64,000 nucleotides of DNA from an uncultured Nitrososphaerota archaeon (lineage in GTDB: Archaea > Thermoproteota > Nitrososphaeria > Nitrososphaerales > Gagatemarchaeaceae), in assembly GCA_963703285.1 (NCBI GenBank), contig OY969807.1, forward strand, positions 1,376,001 through 1,440,000, in the 5' to 3' direction. The notes under the pieces are model-generated. The model did not search any database and was not told where the DNA came from. It saw nothing but the letters and a program-made list of their open reading frames with translations. Positions within the stretch are counted from its first letter, which is position 1. Every line of letters begins with the position of its first letter. Positions 1-8,580 of the stretch are shown in pieces. The position numbers and the translations under genes were made by a program.

Positions 1-228
1 GAAAGCATGTACCTCCAGGAGAACGATACTGGACCGGACGACTCCGTCCACTCGAAGGACGGGGTGTTCCTGATGTACGACCCTAGGAAGGACCTGGGTG
101 GCAGGGGTCTCCAGAGACTGAAGATCCAAGACATCGCGCCCACGCTCCTGAGACTCTACGGGCTCGACCCGCCACCCGGCGGAGAGGGACGGGAAATCGG
201 CGAGATTGTCGGGGCGAGCGGGCCATGA
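1..228 (+). CDS. Alkaline phosphatase-superfamily / nucleotide pyrophosphatase protein, C-terminal part (truncated by window edge)
   Basis: ENDTGPDDSVHSKDGVF...IQDIAPTLLRLYG is a typical C-terminus of this family; stop overlaps the cysC start (ATGA). Confidence 0.75.
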   Translation, partial: ESMYLQENDTGPDDSVHSKDGVFLMYDPRKDLGGRGLQRLKIQDIAPTLLRLYGLDPPPGGEGREIGEIVGASGP

Positions 229-782
229 GGACGGACGGACGCGACCACGGGTCAGGCGGGTTCACGATATGGATGACCGGGCTCCCGGCTTCCGGCAAGT
301 CGACCCTCGCCGAGCTGCTCCGTGAGAGGCTGACGGGCGAAGGCAGGCTCGTGGAGGTCCTCGACGGGGACGAGATCCGGAAGGGGTTGTCGCGCGACCT
401 CGGGCTCTCGAGGGAGCACCGGGAGGAGCACGCGTGGAGGGTGTCCTTTCTGGCCAAGGTCCTCTCGCGCAACGGCGTCGTCTCAGTCGTCGCATTGATT
501 TCCCCGTATCGCGCCTCGAGAGAGTCTGCGAGGGAGACGATCGGACCGGACAGGTTCGTGGAGGTCTACGTCAGGGCCCCCCTTGCTGTCTGCGAAAAGC
601 GCGATCCCAAGGGGCTGTACGCGAGGGCCAGGCGCGGTGAGATCGACAACATGACCGGGGTGCAGGACCCGTACGAGGAGCCGCTCTCCCCCGACATCCT
701 CATCGACACGGAGAGCGCGGCCCCGGAGGAATCGGTGGAACTCCTCATCTCGAAGCTTCGCGAGATGAGCTTCCTCAGCTGA
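225..782 (+). CDS. cysC: Adenylyl-sulfate kinase
   Basis: WMTGLPASGKST P-loop, LDGDEIR, ISPYR, RDPKGLY, TGVQDPYEEP motifs. Confidence 0.95.
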   Translation: MRTDGRDHGSGGFTIWMTGLPASGKSTLAELLRERLTGEGRLVEVLDGDEIRKGLSRDLGLSREHREEHAWRVSFLAKVLSRNGVVSVVALISPYRASRESARETIGPDRFVEVYVRAPLAVCEKRDPKGLYARARRGEIDNMTGVQDPYEEPLSPDILIDTESAAPEESVELLISKLREMSFLS

Positions 783-830
783 TCGTCGGGGGCCAGCCGC
801 CGATTCGCTGGACCGCCCGCGCTCTAGGGC

Positions 831-2363
831 TCATTCAGGACGGGCCGCTTTCATCGGGGCCACGATCTCGGGGGCGACTCTCTCCGCGGTGCCGGGGGGC
901 TGGTTCCTGAAGCGCCTCGTCAGGTTCATGGACTTGAGGGTGGCCAGAGAGAGCCCTACCATGGCGAGGGATAGGAACCACACGCCTTGGAAGAGCACGA
1001 GCACGCCGAGGACGAGGCCTGCTACCGAGACCGCCCCCTCGACAATCCCGCTCCGCCCGCCGGCTAGGGTTCGTGCGTACTGCGACCTCCTGCGACCGTC
1101 CCCGTAGCCCGACTTGGGCGTCCTGTAGTTGAAGAACCCCGTCCGGTCGAAGACCCCGTAGAAGAAGCCGAATGAGGAGAGCGTAACCATGCTGACCTCG
1201 GCGTAGGCAAGCATGGGGATTAGCGCCAGGTTTTGGCGCGTCACGAGGTGCTGAAGCTTGAGCGCCCAGGCGGCGGAGATTATGACTACCGCGTACGGGA
1301 CCGCGAGCAACCCCATGAGAATCGGGTTGCTGAAGATGGAGCTCGACGGAGAGACGACGCCGAATACGATGGCGAGCGCGGACGCGAACGTAATCAGCAG
1401 CCAGTTGAGGCTCGAGAGGGTGGCCGTCAGCATCATGAAGATGCCGAGCTTCCGGCGGAGGGAGATGTCCCTCGCGGTGATGATCTGCCTGTAGTAGTGG
1501 GCGATGCACCTCCACCACCCCTGCGAGGTCCGGGCGACCTGTCTCTTCCAGGCCTCCAGCGTGGAAGGGTCCTCGCTCATTATGCTTACGTTGCTGAGGT
1601 AGACGCCCCGCTTCCCGTTCAGGTAGAGCTTTATCGATACGTCGGTGTCGTCGGCGATTCGCCCGTTGGTCCACTGGCCCACCTCCCTCAGGTCCTTGGT
1701 CCTGACGAGTGTGAACCCTCCCTGGAACGAGAAGGGGGCGTCCACCAGATAGGCGCCCATCTTCGAGGTCGTGTCGCCCAGGTCCTGCGACAGCGCGAAC
1801 AGCTTGGTGGCGAGGTTGAAGTCTCTGTTGTAGTGCCCATAGCGGAACGAGACGAAGGACGCGCTGGGGTGCGTCTCGATAGCGTCGATCCCCTTGCTGA
1901 AGACGTCGGGGGGCACTATGGAGTCGGCATCGAGGAGCAGGACGTACTCGCTTGTGACCAGGTCCATGGCCTTGTTCAGGGCTCCGCACTTGAAGTTCTC
2001 CCTTGTGGCTCTCCTCGAGACGACCGCGTCCACCCCCAGTCGATTCAGTTCGCTCGCTCCTGCGTCTACTATGTGGACCGTCTCGTCTGTCGAGTCGTCG
2101 GCCACGACGACCTGGACCCTGTTCTTGGGGTAGTCCAGCTTCCCTATCGCTTCGAGGGACCTTGCGATGACGAACTTCTCGTTGAAGGTAGAGATGAGAA
2201 TCGAGACCGGAGGGGGGTTGACGAGGTGGACGTCCCGGCCTTCCAGGTCCCTGGGATACCTGGCTGAGGTCACCAGCTCCAGGCACCAGTAGTATGACAG
2301 CGCCAGCACGGGCACGAAGAGCACCAGGAGGACGAGCTCCAGTGCAAAGGAGAATTGGGTCAT
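831..2363 (-). CDS. GT2 cellulose-synthase-like glycosyltransferase with multiple TM helices
   Basis: DDSTD, FKCGALN, LLDAD (DxD), ADDTD and QVARTSQGW (variant QxxRW) motifs; hydrophobic C-terminal half. Confidence 0.9.
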   Translation of the reverse strand: MTQFSFALELVLLVLFVPVLALSYYWCLELVTSARYPRDLEGRDVHLVNPPPVSILISTFNEKFVIARSLEAIGKLDYPKNRVQVVVADDSTDETVHIVDAGASELNRLGVDAVVSRRATRENFKCGALNKAMDLVTSEYVLLLDADSIVPPDVFSKGIDAIETHPSASFVSFRYGHYNRDFNLATKLFALSQDLGDTTSKMGAYLVDAPFSFQGGFTLVRTKDLREVGQWTNGRIADDTDVSIKLYLNGKRGVYLSNVSIMSEDPSTLEAWKRQVARTSQGWWRCIAHYYRQIITARDISLRRKLGIFMMLTATLSSLNWLLITFASALAIVFGVVSPSSSIFSNPILMGLLAVPYAVVIISAAWALKLQHLVTRQNLALIPMLAYAEVSMVTLSSFGFFYGVFDRTGFFNYRTPKSGYGDGRRRSQYARTLAGGRSGIVEGAVSVAGLVLGVLVLFQGVWFLSLAMVGLSLATLKSMNLTRRFRNQPPGTAERVAPEIVAPMKAARPE

Positions 2364-2567
2364 GGCGGATGAACCACCGACGGTCGATGTTCTAGGCTGA
2401 CCTGACTCAATCTGCTCCCCGCGTCAAGAGGCTCCGGGGCTAGTAGATGAATCCTACGAATGCCGAGATGACATCGTAGCGCTCGCCCATCCGGCTTCGC
2501 GACCGGCAGTTGCGCTTCTCAGGCAGGGAGTCGTCTGGCCCGCCGTCTGCCAGTTCCTCGCGGAGGA

Positions 2568-3107
2568 CTACTTCTTCCCGGCCTTCGCGGGCTTGGTCGG
2601 TTTGGCTGCCTTGGGCTTAGCCGGCTTGGGCTTCGGCACCTTGGCGCTGACCTTCGACAGTATTCTCGAGAGATTGGCTTCCTCCCTCGCTCTGGTCCTC
2701 GCCGCCTCCTTCGCCATGCTGCTCTTCAGAGCCGCCAGCTCCGCGCGGAGCGTGGCCACCTGCTTCTCCAGTTTCTTGCTGCTCGTATCGTGGCTCTTGC
2801 TGAGTTTGCCGAGCTCCTTCGAGCGGGCGAAGGTCGCGAGCTCCCTTCGGAGCGAGGCGACGTGCGCCTCCAGGGACTTGACGCTCGCCTCGTGACTCCT
2901 CCTGAAGTCGCCTACATCTCGAGAAAGCGACTGGACGTTCTCCCTCACGATCTTCAGCTGTGTGCGCTTCCCCTCCGGCTGGGGCATCGTCTGTGTCGCA
3001 CCGGCTTCGGGCGCGGCAGGCGCCTGTTCGCCGCTCATGGCGGGAGGCTCGGCATGGCCAGAGCTCTCTTCCTCTGCATCTCCGCTGCTCTCTGATTCGG
3101 GGGTCAA
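2568..3107 (-). CDS. Hypothetical coiled-coil protein with Lys/Pro/Ala-rich tail
   Basis: 179-aa ORF with an internal duplicated heptad segment and a KPKPAKPKAAKPTKPAK tail. Confidence 0.65.
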   Translation of the reverse strand: MTPESESSGDAEEESSGHAEPPAMSGEQAPAAPEAGATQTMPQPEGKRTQLKIVRENVQSLSRDVGDFRRSHEASVKSLEAHVASLRRELATFARSKELGKLSKSHDTSSKKLEKQVATLRAELAALKSSMAKEAARTRAREEANLSRILSKVSAKVPKPKPAKPKAAKPTKPAKAGKK

Positions 3108-3209
3108 GGTTGCGCGATAGCGACGATTCTCGCTAATTAATGTTTACCATCGGCGACGGTCGACCCGCAATGGGAAAATACCTCGCTCGCAGGGACGAGG
3201 TTCGGTCCG

Positions 3210-4241
3210 ATGGCGATGTCCTTCTGCAGAAAGTGCGGCACGGCGATCCCCGAGTACACCCGCTACTGCCCCAGGTGCGGCGCCAGGGCGGGCGAGGAGG
3301 GCGCGGTCTCCGAGCTCCAGTGCGGGTACTGCCAGGCATACAACCGGGTCGACCGGACGTTCTGCCTTGGGTGCCGCAGGAGGATCATACCGCTGACCTC
3401 CTACGACATCACCGAGGACGATTTCACGTACCAAGCGGACAGAGACAACCTGAAGATGCTCCAGGGGACCGAGCCTCTTCCCCGGATCGTCGAAGGCCTC
3501 GTCGCCGGAGGCCGCCAGAGGTCCATACGCTCCTGGCTCGACGCACGGGCGATAAGGGTCGAGAACCGGTCGAGGCTGGACGCGCTCGTGAGGAGTTGCA
3601 GCGAGATCCTGGGCCTCGAGATCCTCCCGGAAGCCTTCGTGATCCCCGCGCCCCAGCTAAACGCCGCCACGTTCGGAAGCGACGAGAGGCCCATCCTCGG
3701 CGTCACCTCGGCGGCGCTCGCCGCGCTGGACGAGACGGAGATGATGGCGCTCGTCGGTCACGAGCTCGGGCACGTGAAGTCGAGGCACCTCCTCTACCAC
3801 ACGCTGGCGGAGTCGATGGGGGCCGGAGCACAGATCCTCGCCAGCTTCTACGGCGCTGGACTCGTCGCGATGCCCATCCAGATGCTGCTGCTGTCGTGGC
3901 ACAGGGAGTCTGAGATATCCGCAGACAGGGCGGCCCTCCTCCTGGTCAACGACCCGAGCGTCTTCAGGTCGATGATGCTGAAGATCATGGGGTACGGCGC
4001 CCCCGAGAGCGCGGGCCCGGGCGACCTCCTCGCGGAGGCGTTCCAGACCCATCCCACCTACGGAAGGAGGCTCGCCATGGTGAGGGAGTTCCACGCGAGC
4101 GGCGAGTACTCGAAGGCGAGAGAGAAGGTCAGGACGAGGCTGAGGCTGAAGAAGGCCCTCGTCCCCGTCTGCCGCTTCTGTGGGCAAGAAAAGCCCATAG
4201 GCGACCTCTTCTGCAAGTCGTGCAAGAGGAGCCAGTACTAG
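3210..4241 (+). CDS. M48 (HtpX/Ste24-like) metallopeptidase with zinc-ribbon domains
   Basis: HELGH, ESEISAD and THP motifs; two N-terminal and one C-terminal CxxC...CxxC ribbons. Confidence 0.9.
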   Translation: MAMSFCRKCGTAIPEYTRYCPRCGARAGEEGAVSELQCGYCQAYNRVDRTFCLGCRRRIIPLTSYDITEDDFTYQADRDNLKMLQGTEPLPRIVEGLVAGGRQRSIRSWLDARAIRVENRSRLDALVRSCSEILGLEILPEAFVIPAPQLNAATFGSDERPILGVTSAALAALDETEMMALVGHELGHVKSRHLLYHTLAESMGAGAQILASFYGAGLVAMPIQMLLLSWHRESEISADRAALLLVNDPSVFRSMMLKIMGYGAPESAGPGDLLAEAFQTHPTYGRRLAMVREFHASGEYSKAREKVRTRLRLKKALVPVCRFCGQEKPIGDLFCKSCKRSQY

Positions 4242-4361
4242 GAAGCGTCGGGACGGCCCTGCCTAGGCGGGGTGCTCCGAAGCTCAGGGGAGGAATCTCC
4301 CTTGGTTCTTGGGCTCCGGGCATCTTGTCTTATAGTCGGGCCTGGGTCCCAAGTGGGAGCG

Positions 4362-5046
4362 ATGAAGACCATCGGCCTCTACCTTCTGGGAGCGGTCCTC
4401 CTAGCGCTTCCAGGCCACCTCCACTTCCACGCCAGCCCGTTCCTCTTCAGCCTCGTGGGCCTCTTCTTCGTCTCGCTGGTCTCCAACGCCACCCCATTCC
4501 TGGGCGCATCCTACACCCTGATAGCGACTACGGATTCTGATCGCGTTCGGCGTCACCGCCGAATCGTTCATCCTGGTCGTGGTGTTCACGGCGGCGGGAG
4601 CCGCTGTCGGTAAGCTCATCATCTACGGCGCGGCCAAGGGCTTCCAGTCCAGGCTCTCCCGAATCAAGAACGTGCAGACGCTGGCGCGGTGGCTCCAAGA
4701 CAGACGGTTCCTCGTTGCCGTCTTCATCACCGCCGTGATACCCGTGCTCCCCCTGGACGACTACCTCTACATCGGAGCTGGCGCGGCGCGGACGAGGCTC
4801 CTCCCCATGTTCTCGGTGACGATCGCAGCGAAGGTGGTCAAGAGCACCTTCGAGATAGCGCTCGAGTTCTACGGCGTGCTCGTGATCACGAGTCACCTCT
4901 TCGGACTGTCCCGCGTCGAGTCGTCGATTCTCCTGACGATCGTCTTCGTAGTCCTCGGAGTCCTTCTGTTCAAGTACGACTGGGAGTCGATCCTCCATCG
5001 CCTGCACCTGGGGGCATCCCAAGCAGCCTCGCCCGTGGCAAAATGA
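4362..5046 (+). pseudogene. VTT/DedA-like membrane protein, split by an apparent +1 frameshift near 4533 (real or sequence error)
   Basis: Frame 1 ...SNATPFLGASYTLIATT continues in the +1 frame as ILIAFGVTAESFILVVVFTAAGAAVGK...PLDDYLYIGAG. Confidence 0.75.
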
Positions 5047-5096
5047 TTCCTAGCCTCGCCCGAGGGAGGGGCGGGCGCGAACATAGGATGCCTTGG

Positions 5097-6470
5097 TCAG
5101 GGTACGGGCAGGGATGGATGCGCACGGGTGCCCGGAGCACTTGGGGGCGAAGAGGAGGACGCGCTGGAGAACCATCCCTCGACGGGCGGGCGAATTTCGT
5201 GCGACTCCCTTCCGTACCTGATGAGTGGCTTGGTCAGGTGCCTCTGGGAGCCCGAGGACGGAAGGTAGATCCCCGGCTCGATGCCTCTGGCTCGTCTATC
5301 CGTTCGCAGCGCGGATCGGTCGAACTTCGCTCCGCACCTCCTGCACTGGAAGCCTTTTCGAGCCCCCTCGGATTTTGCCGCAATCCCGCAGCGGCCGCAG
5401 ACCGGGTTGCTGATGCGGGGCTCGATGTTGAGGCTCAGTACCACAATCTTCTCTGTGTTTAGGATGGGAGGGTGTCTGGGCGTGGCCCTGCGGACCCCGC
5501 CATAGACGCGGACGGAATCTCCGGGACGCAGCATGGCCGCCTCCCTCTTCAGGTCCGCTGCCGGTCGGTAGACGGCGCAGTGGACGCCGGACCCTGCCGC
5601 GTCTAAATCGAAGTACACGTGGCCGCCCTCTCCCTTCCCGACCAGCCGCACCACGCCCTCGAGCCAGCCGGAAGAATAGGCCTTCAGGGGGAGCTCGAGT
5701 CGATCCGCCAGGTGCGCGTCGGTGCACTGGTTCGTGAGGTAGATCATGTGTCCCGCGAGGGGTTCGTCGAACCGGAGCATCCCGAACGCCGAGCTGGCGA
5801 CGCCCGGCGAGTCGGCCCTGATGCCGAGGAAGACCGGGTCCGGCCCGTGAGGCGCAACCAGGATCCGGCCATTCTTGTGGTCGTAGCTGTTGAACGTGTG
5901 CGGGAAGGTCTTTGCCTCCATCTCCCTGACAGAGTCGCTGTCGATGATCCTCGTCGTGCCGCAGGCGGCCTCGTCCCTGTAGGCGATGAGCTCGTAGGTG
6001 TGGTCGTCTTTGACGCTGAAGCCGAGGCTCGCCGCAGCTCCGACGACGCCCATCCCGTTCCCCAGGGTCAGGTTGCGTACGCGTCGCCTGTTCAGGAGGT
6101 CCAGGACCCGCCTGTAGCCTACGAGACCTGAGATTGCGGAAAGATACAGGGACCTGAAGAGGGACAGCCCGTCTTCTCCGGCAGAGAAGACCAGCGCCGA
6201 ATTCGCCCCGTTCCTGACGTCCGAGAGCTCGCGCATCCTTCTCTCGGCGGTCCCGAACGCGCCGTCGGTGTCGTCGGTCTCGAACTCCAGGCAGACCGCC
6301 GCGTTGCCCCTGGTCTTGAAGGGGACGTTGGGGTTGAGCCTCACGAGCCGCGGGTAGGTCGTGAAGACGCATCCGAGCTCCAAGAGGTCGCCCACGATTC
6401 GGAACCCGAGGTGGGTCGTGCAGTGTCCGAACTGCGAATCAGTGTCGTCGAGCCCCAGGAGGCACCGCAT
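5097..6470 (-). CDS. tiaS: tRNA(Ile2) agmatinylcytidine synthetase
   Basis: GLDDTDS, CTTH, PRLVRLNPNVPFKTRGN, PHGPDPVFLGIR, TNQCTDAHL, C-terminal zinc ribbon and RHLTKP. Confidence 0.95.
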   Translation of the reverse strand: MRCLLGLDDTDSQFGHCTTHLGFRIVGDLLELGCVFTTYPRLVRLNPNVPFKTRGNAAVCLEFETDDTDGAFGTAERRMRELSDVRNGANSALVFSAGEDGLSLFRSLYLSAISGLVGYRRVLDLLNRRRVRNLTLGNGMGVVGAAASLGFSVKDDHTYELIAYRDEAACGTTRIIDSDSVREMEAKTFPHTFNSYDHKNGRILVAPHGPDPVFLGIRADSPGVASSAFGMLRFDEPLAGHMIYLTNQCTDAHLADRLELPLKAYSSGWLEGVVRLVGKGEGGHVYFDLDAAGSGVHCAVYRPAADLKREAAMLRPGDSVRVYGGVRRATPRHPPILNTEKIVVLSLNIEPRISNPVCGRCGIAAKSEGARKGFQCRRCGAKFDRSALRTDRRARGIEPGIYLPSSGSQRHLTKPLIRYGRESHEIRPPVEGWFSSASSSSPPSAPGTRAHPSLPVP

Positions 6471-6569
6471 GGTGACCGGATGGGACCGGGACCGCGGGGC
6501 CTTGATTTAAGTCGAGCAGGAGCCGGGAGACCCCAAGCGCCGGGGCTACCGTCGGTCGAAAGGGCGCCC

Positions 6570-6974
6570 TCACGAGTCATGGGCCAAGCTCCTCACTCGT
6601 TTTTCAATGTCATCCCTGATCTCGCGCACCTGCTCGATGGACTTCCCCTTGGGGTCCTCGAGGTTCCAATCGATCAGCTTCTTCTGCATCTGCGCCAGCA
6701 TGGGACGAGGACAGAGCGCCTCCACAGAGCAGCCCATCGTGACGACGAGGCGCGCCGCCTTGATCATCTCTGTCGTAAGTGCCTTCGGAGCAGCACCGGA
6801 GATGTCGATCCCGCGCTCGGCCATCACCTCGACCACGACTGGATTGAGCTTGGACGAAGGCGCCGTGCCAGCGCTAGAGGCATCGATGCCATACTTCCTT
6901 GCGAATGCCTCCGCCATCTGGCTCCTGCCCGCGTTCTGAACGCAGACGAACAGTATCGTCTTTCTAGGTGGCAT
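6570..6974 (-). CDS. arsC: Arsenate reductase / low-molecular-weight PTP family
   Basis: FVCVQNAGRSQMAEA P-loop, TMGC...CP, DWNLEDP. Confidence 0.9.
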   Translation of the reverse strand: MPPRKTILFVCVQNAGRSQMAEAFARKYGIDASSAGTAPSSKLNPVVVEVMAERGIDISGAAPKALTTEMIKAARLVVTMGCSVEALCPRPMLAQMQKKLIDWNLEDPKGKSIEQVREIRDDIEKRVRSLAHDS

Positions 6975-7059
6975 CTTCGCTCCTCCCGATTCTCGGACGC
7001 CTATTAAGCAGACCGAAGGTCAGTCCCGCGAGGGACGCACCGGAGAGCGGACCGATCCA

Positions 7060-7194
7060 GTAGACTTTCTGGTCGGTGAGGTAGCCCGAGAAGACATCGA
7101 GGAGATACGCCTCGTGTGGGACCAAATCGAGGCGCTCGTGGCCAACCTGGCCAAAAACGCCAGTCTATGGTCCGCCGCTCGGCGAAGTCAATAA
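7060..7194 (+). pseudogene. Possible degenerate C-terminal remnant of an ArsC-like gene
   Basis: Start-less frame reads EDIEEIRLVWDQIEALVANLA, resembling the neighbouring ArsC end SIEQVREIRDDIEKRVRSLA. Confidence 0.35.
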
Positions 7195-7221
7195 ATATGC
7201 GGGGGTCCTGCTTCCTCCGCT

Positions 7222-7467
7222 TTGGAACTTGTGTGCTGCTCGAGCAGCTGTGATGGGACCGAGTGCGTCGAGCTAACCGAGAGGGAGTCCTCGGTGTGCG
7301 GCGTCATATGCGGGTCCAAAGGACCGGTCTCGTTCTCCCAGCTGAAGAGGACGACGCAGCTTCACCAGGAGATTCTTTCGCGCATCGTCAGAAGGCTCGT
7401 GGTCCACGGCCTCGTCAGGAAGGAGGGCGACGGCAGGTACCGCAGGCCTGAACCGACCTTGAGGTAG
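7222..7467 (+). CDS. Small winged-helix DNA-binding protein with Cys-rich N-terminus
   Basis: SFSQLKRTTQLHQEILSRIVRRLVVHGLVRKEGDGRY wHTH pattern; 6 Cys in the first 30 aa; AT-rich promoter-like AATAAATA upstream. Confidence 0.7.
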   Translation: MELVCCSSSCDGTECVELTERESSVCGVICGSKGPVSFSQLKRTTQLHQEILSRIVRRLVVHGLVRKEGDGRYRRPEPTLR

Positions 7468-7624
7468 CTCCAAGCTTGGAAGGTCGAAAGAGTCCAGCCG
7501 CTAATCTGAAGAGCGCGAGGAGCCTCTTATCACGTTCTGAACTGGCCGTCGATGATCCTGATAGTGCTACGAAGCATACCGAGCGCATGGACACGATGGA
7601 TTAGAAGCGGCGGTAGGTCGCTGA

Positions 7625-7870
7625 CTATGCGGGGGAGTCGCCTTCGACGACTATCATTGTGAGGGTGCTGCGGACCCTGTCGAGGCGCCTTACCTTCCAG
7701 GTGATGGTCTCCTTCACACGGTCCATCGTGTCGGCCTTGACCTTGGCGACGATGTCGTATACGCCGTAGACGACATAGACCTCCGACACGTACTCAATTT
7801 CCTTAAGTTGCTTGACAAGGTCCTCCTCCGCCCCTAGGTCAGCGTTGATTAACACGAAGGCCATGGGCAT
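7625..7870 (-). CDS. Stand-alone Lrp/AsnC ligand-binding (RAM) domain protein
   Basis: AFVLIN...VYGVYDIVAKV...VRSTLTMIV. Confidence 0.9.
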   Translation of the reverse strand: MPMAFVLINADLGAEEDLVKQLKEIEYVSEVYVVYGVYDIVAKVKADTMDRVKETITWKVRRLDRVRSTLTMIVVEGDSPA

Positions 7871-7963
7871 TGCCCAATATCACCTACTCCATTGCATGGC
7901 GTCCATAGGTAATAACCATTGCCCCTTTGGGTTCCGTCGCGTGTCTAAAGGAGCGCGAGGGCT

Positions 7964-8470
7964 TCAGCTCTCGTTTCGCTTGTAGACTATTCCTATAGGC
8001 GAGGCGCCGGCTCTCTTGGGGAGAAGGACCTGGTCGGGCGGGACAGGGTTCTTGGCCACGAGCGTTCCATCGGTCGCTATCTCAAACTTCACGGCGGAGG
8101 TCAGGCGATGGCCCTTGATCCTCTTCTTCCACTTCGACCTGATCGCGGCGAGCACTTCGTCAGCGGAGCCGCGGAGCCTCACACCGAGGACGTCCGCTCT
8201 CAGATACACCATCGAGACCGCCTCGAAGATCGAGGTGCCGCCGGGTATCAGTACCTCGCCCGAAGCATCGAGCGCCTGCAGGCAGATCAGAGTCGCCTTC
8301 GCCGCGTCTATCTTCACCCGGGCGCGGTGCTCAATCTCGCTCACGTTCTCCCTCGAGGTCTTGAGCTTCTTGGCAAGCTGCGCCTGCGTGAGCCCCTGGG
8401 CACGGTAGCGGATGACCTCCCACTGGCGCGGAGTCAGCGTCGTCCCCTGGAAGCGCCTCTCCTTGTCCAA
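7964..8470 (-). CDS. Tfx-family DNA-binding protein
   Basis: LTPRQWEVIRYRAQGLTQAQLAKKLKTSRENVSEIEHRAR HTH; start inferred at TTG 8470 within the longer ORF. Confidence 0.85.
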   Translation of the reverse strand: MDKERRFQGTTLTPRQWEVIRYRAQGLTQAQLAKKLKTSRENVSEIEHRARVKIDAAKATLICLQALDASGEVLIPGGTSIFEAVSMVYLRADVLGVRLRGSADEVLAAIRSKWKKRIKGHRLTSAVKFEIATDGTLVAKNPVPPDQVLLPKRAGASPIGIVYKRNES

Positions 8471-8580
8471 GCTGCGCTGGAGATGGAGCGCCCGGATAAG
8501 AGTCTTGTGACCGCATTTCGCGCGTCGCCGCGACGAGACGACCGAGCAGTTGGGATACCAAGGGGACCTGCTTTGTCCTG

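Noticed and set aside
7495-7615. Possible sRNA between the wHTH and Lrp genes (terminal complementarity, CTGA boxes)
   Set aside because: Only short pairing and no properly placed box C; not supportable without covariation or expression data.
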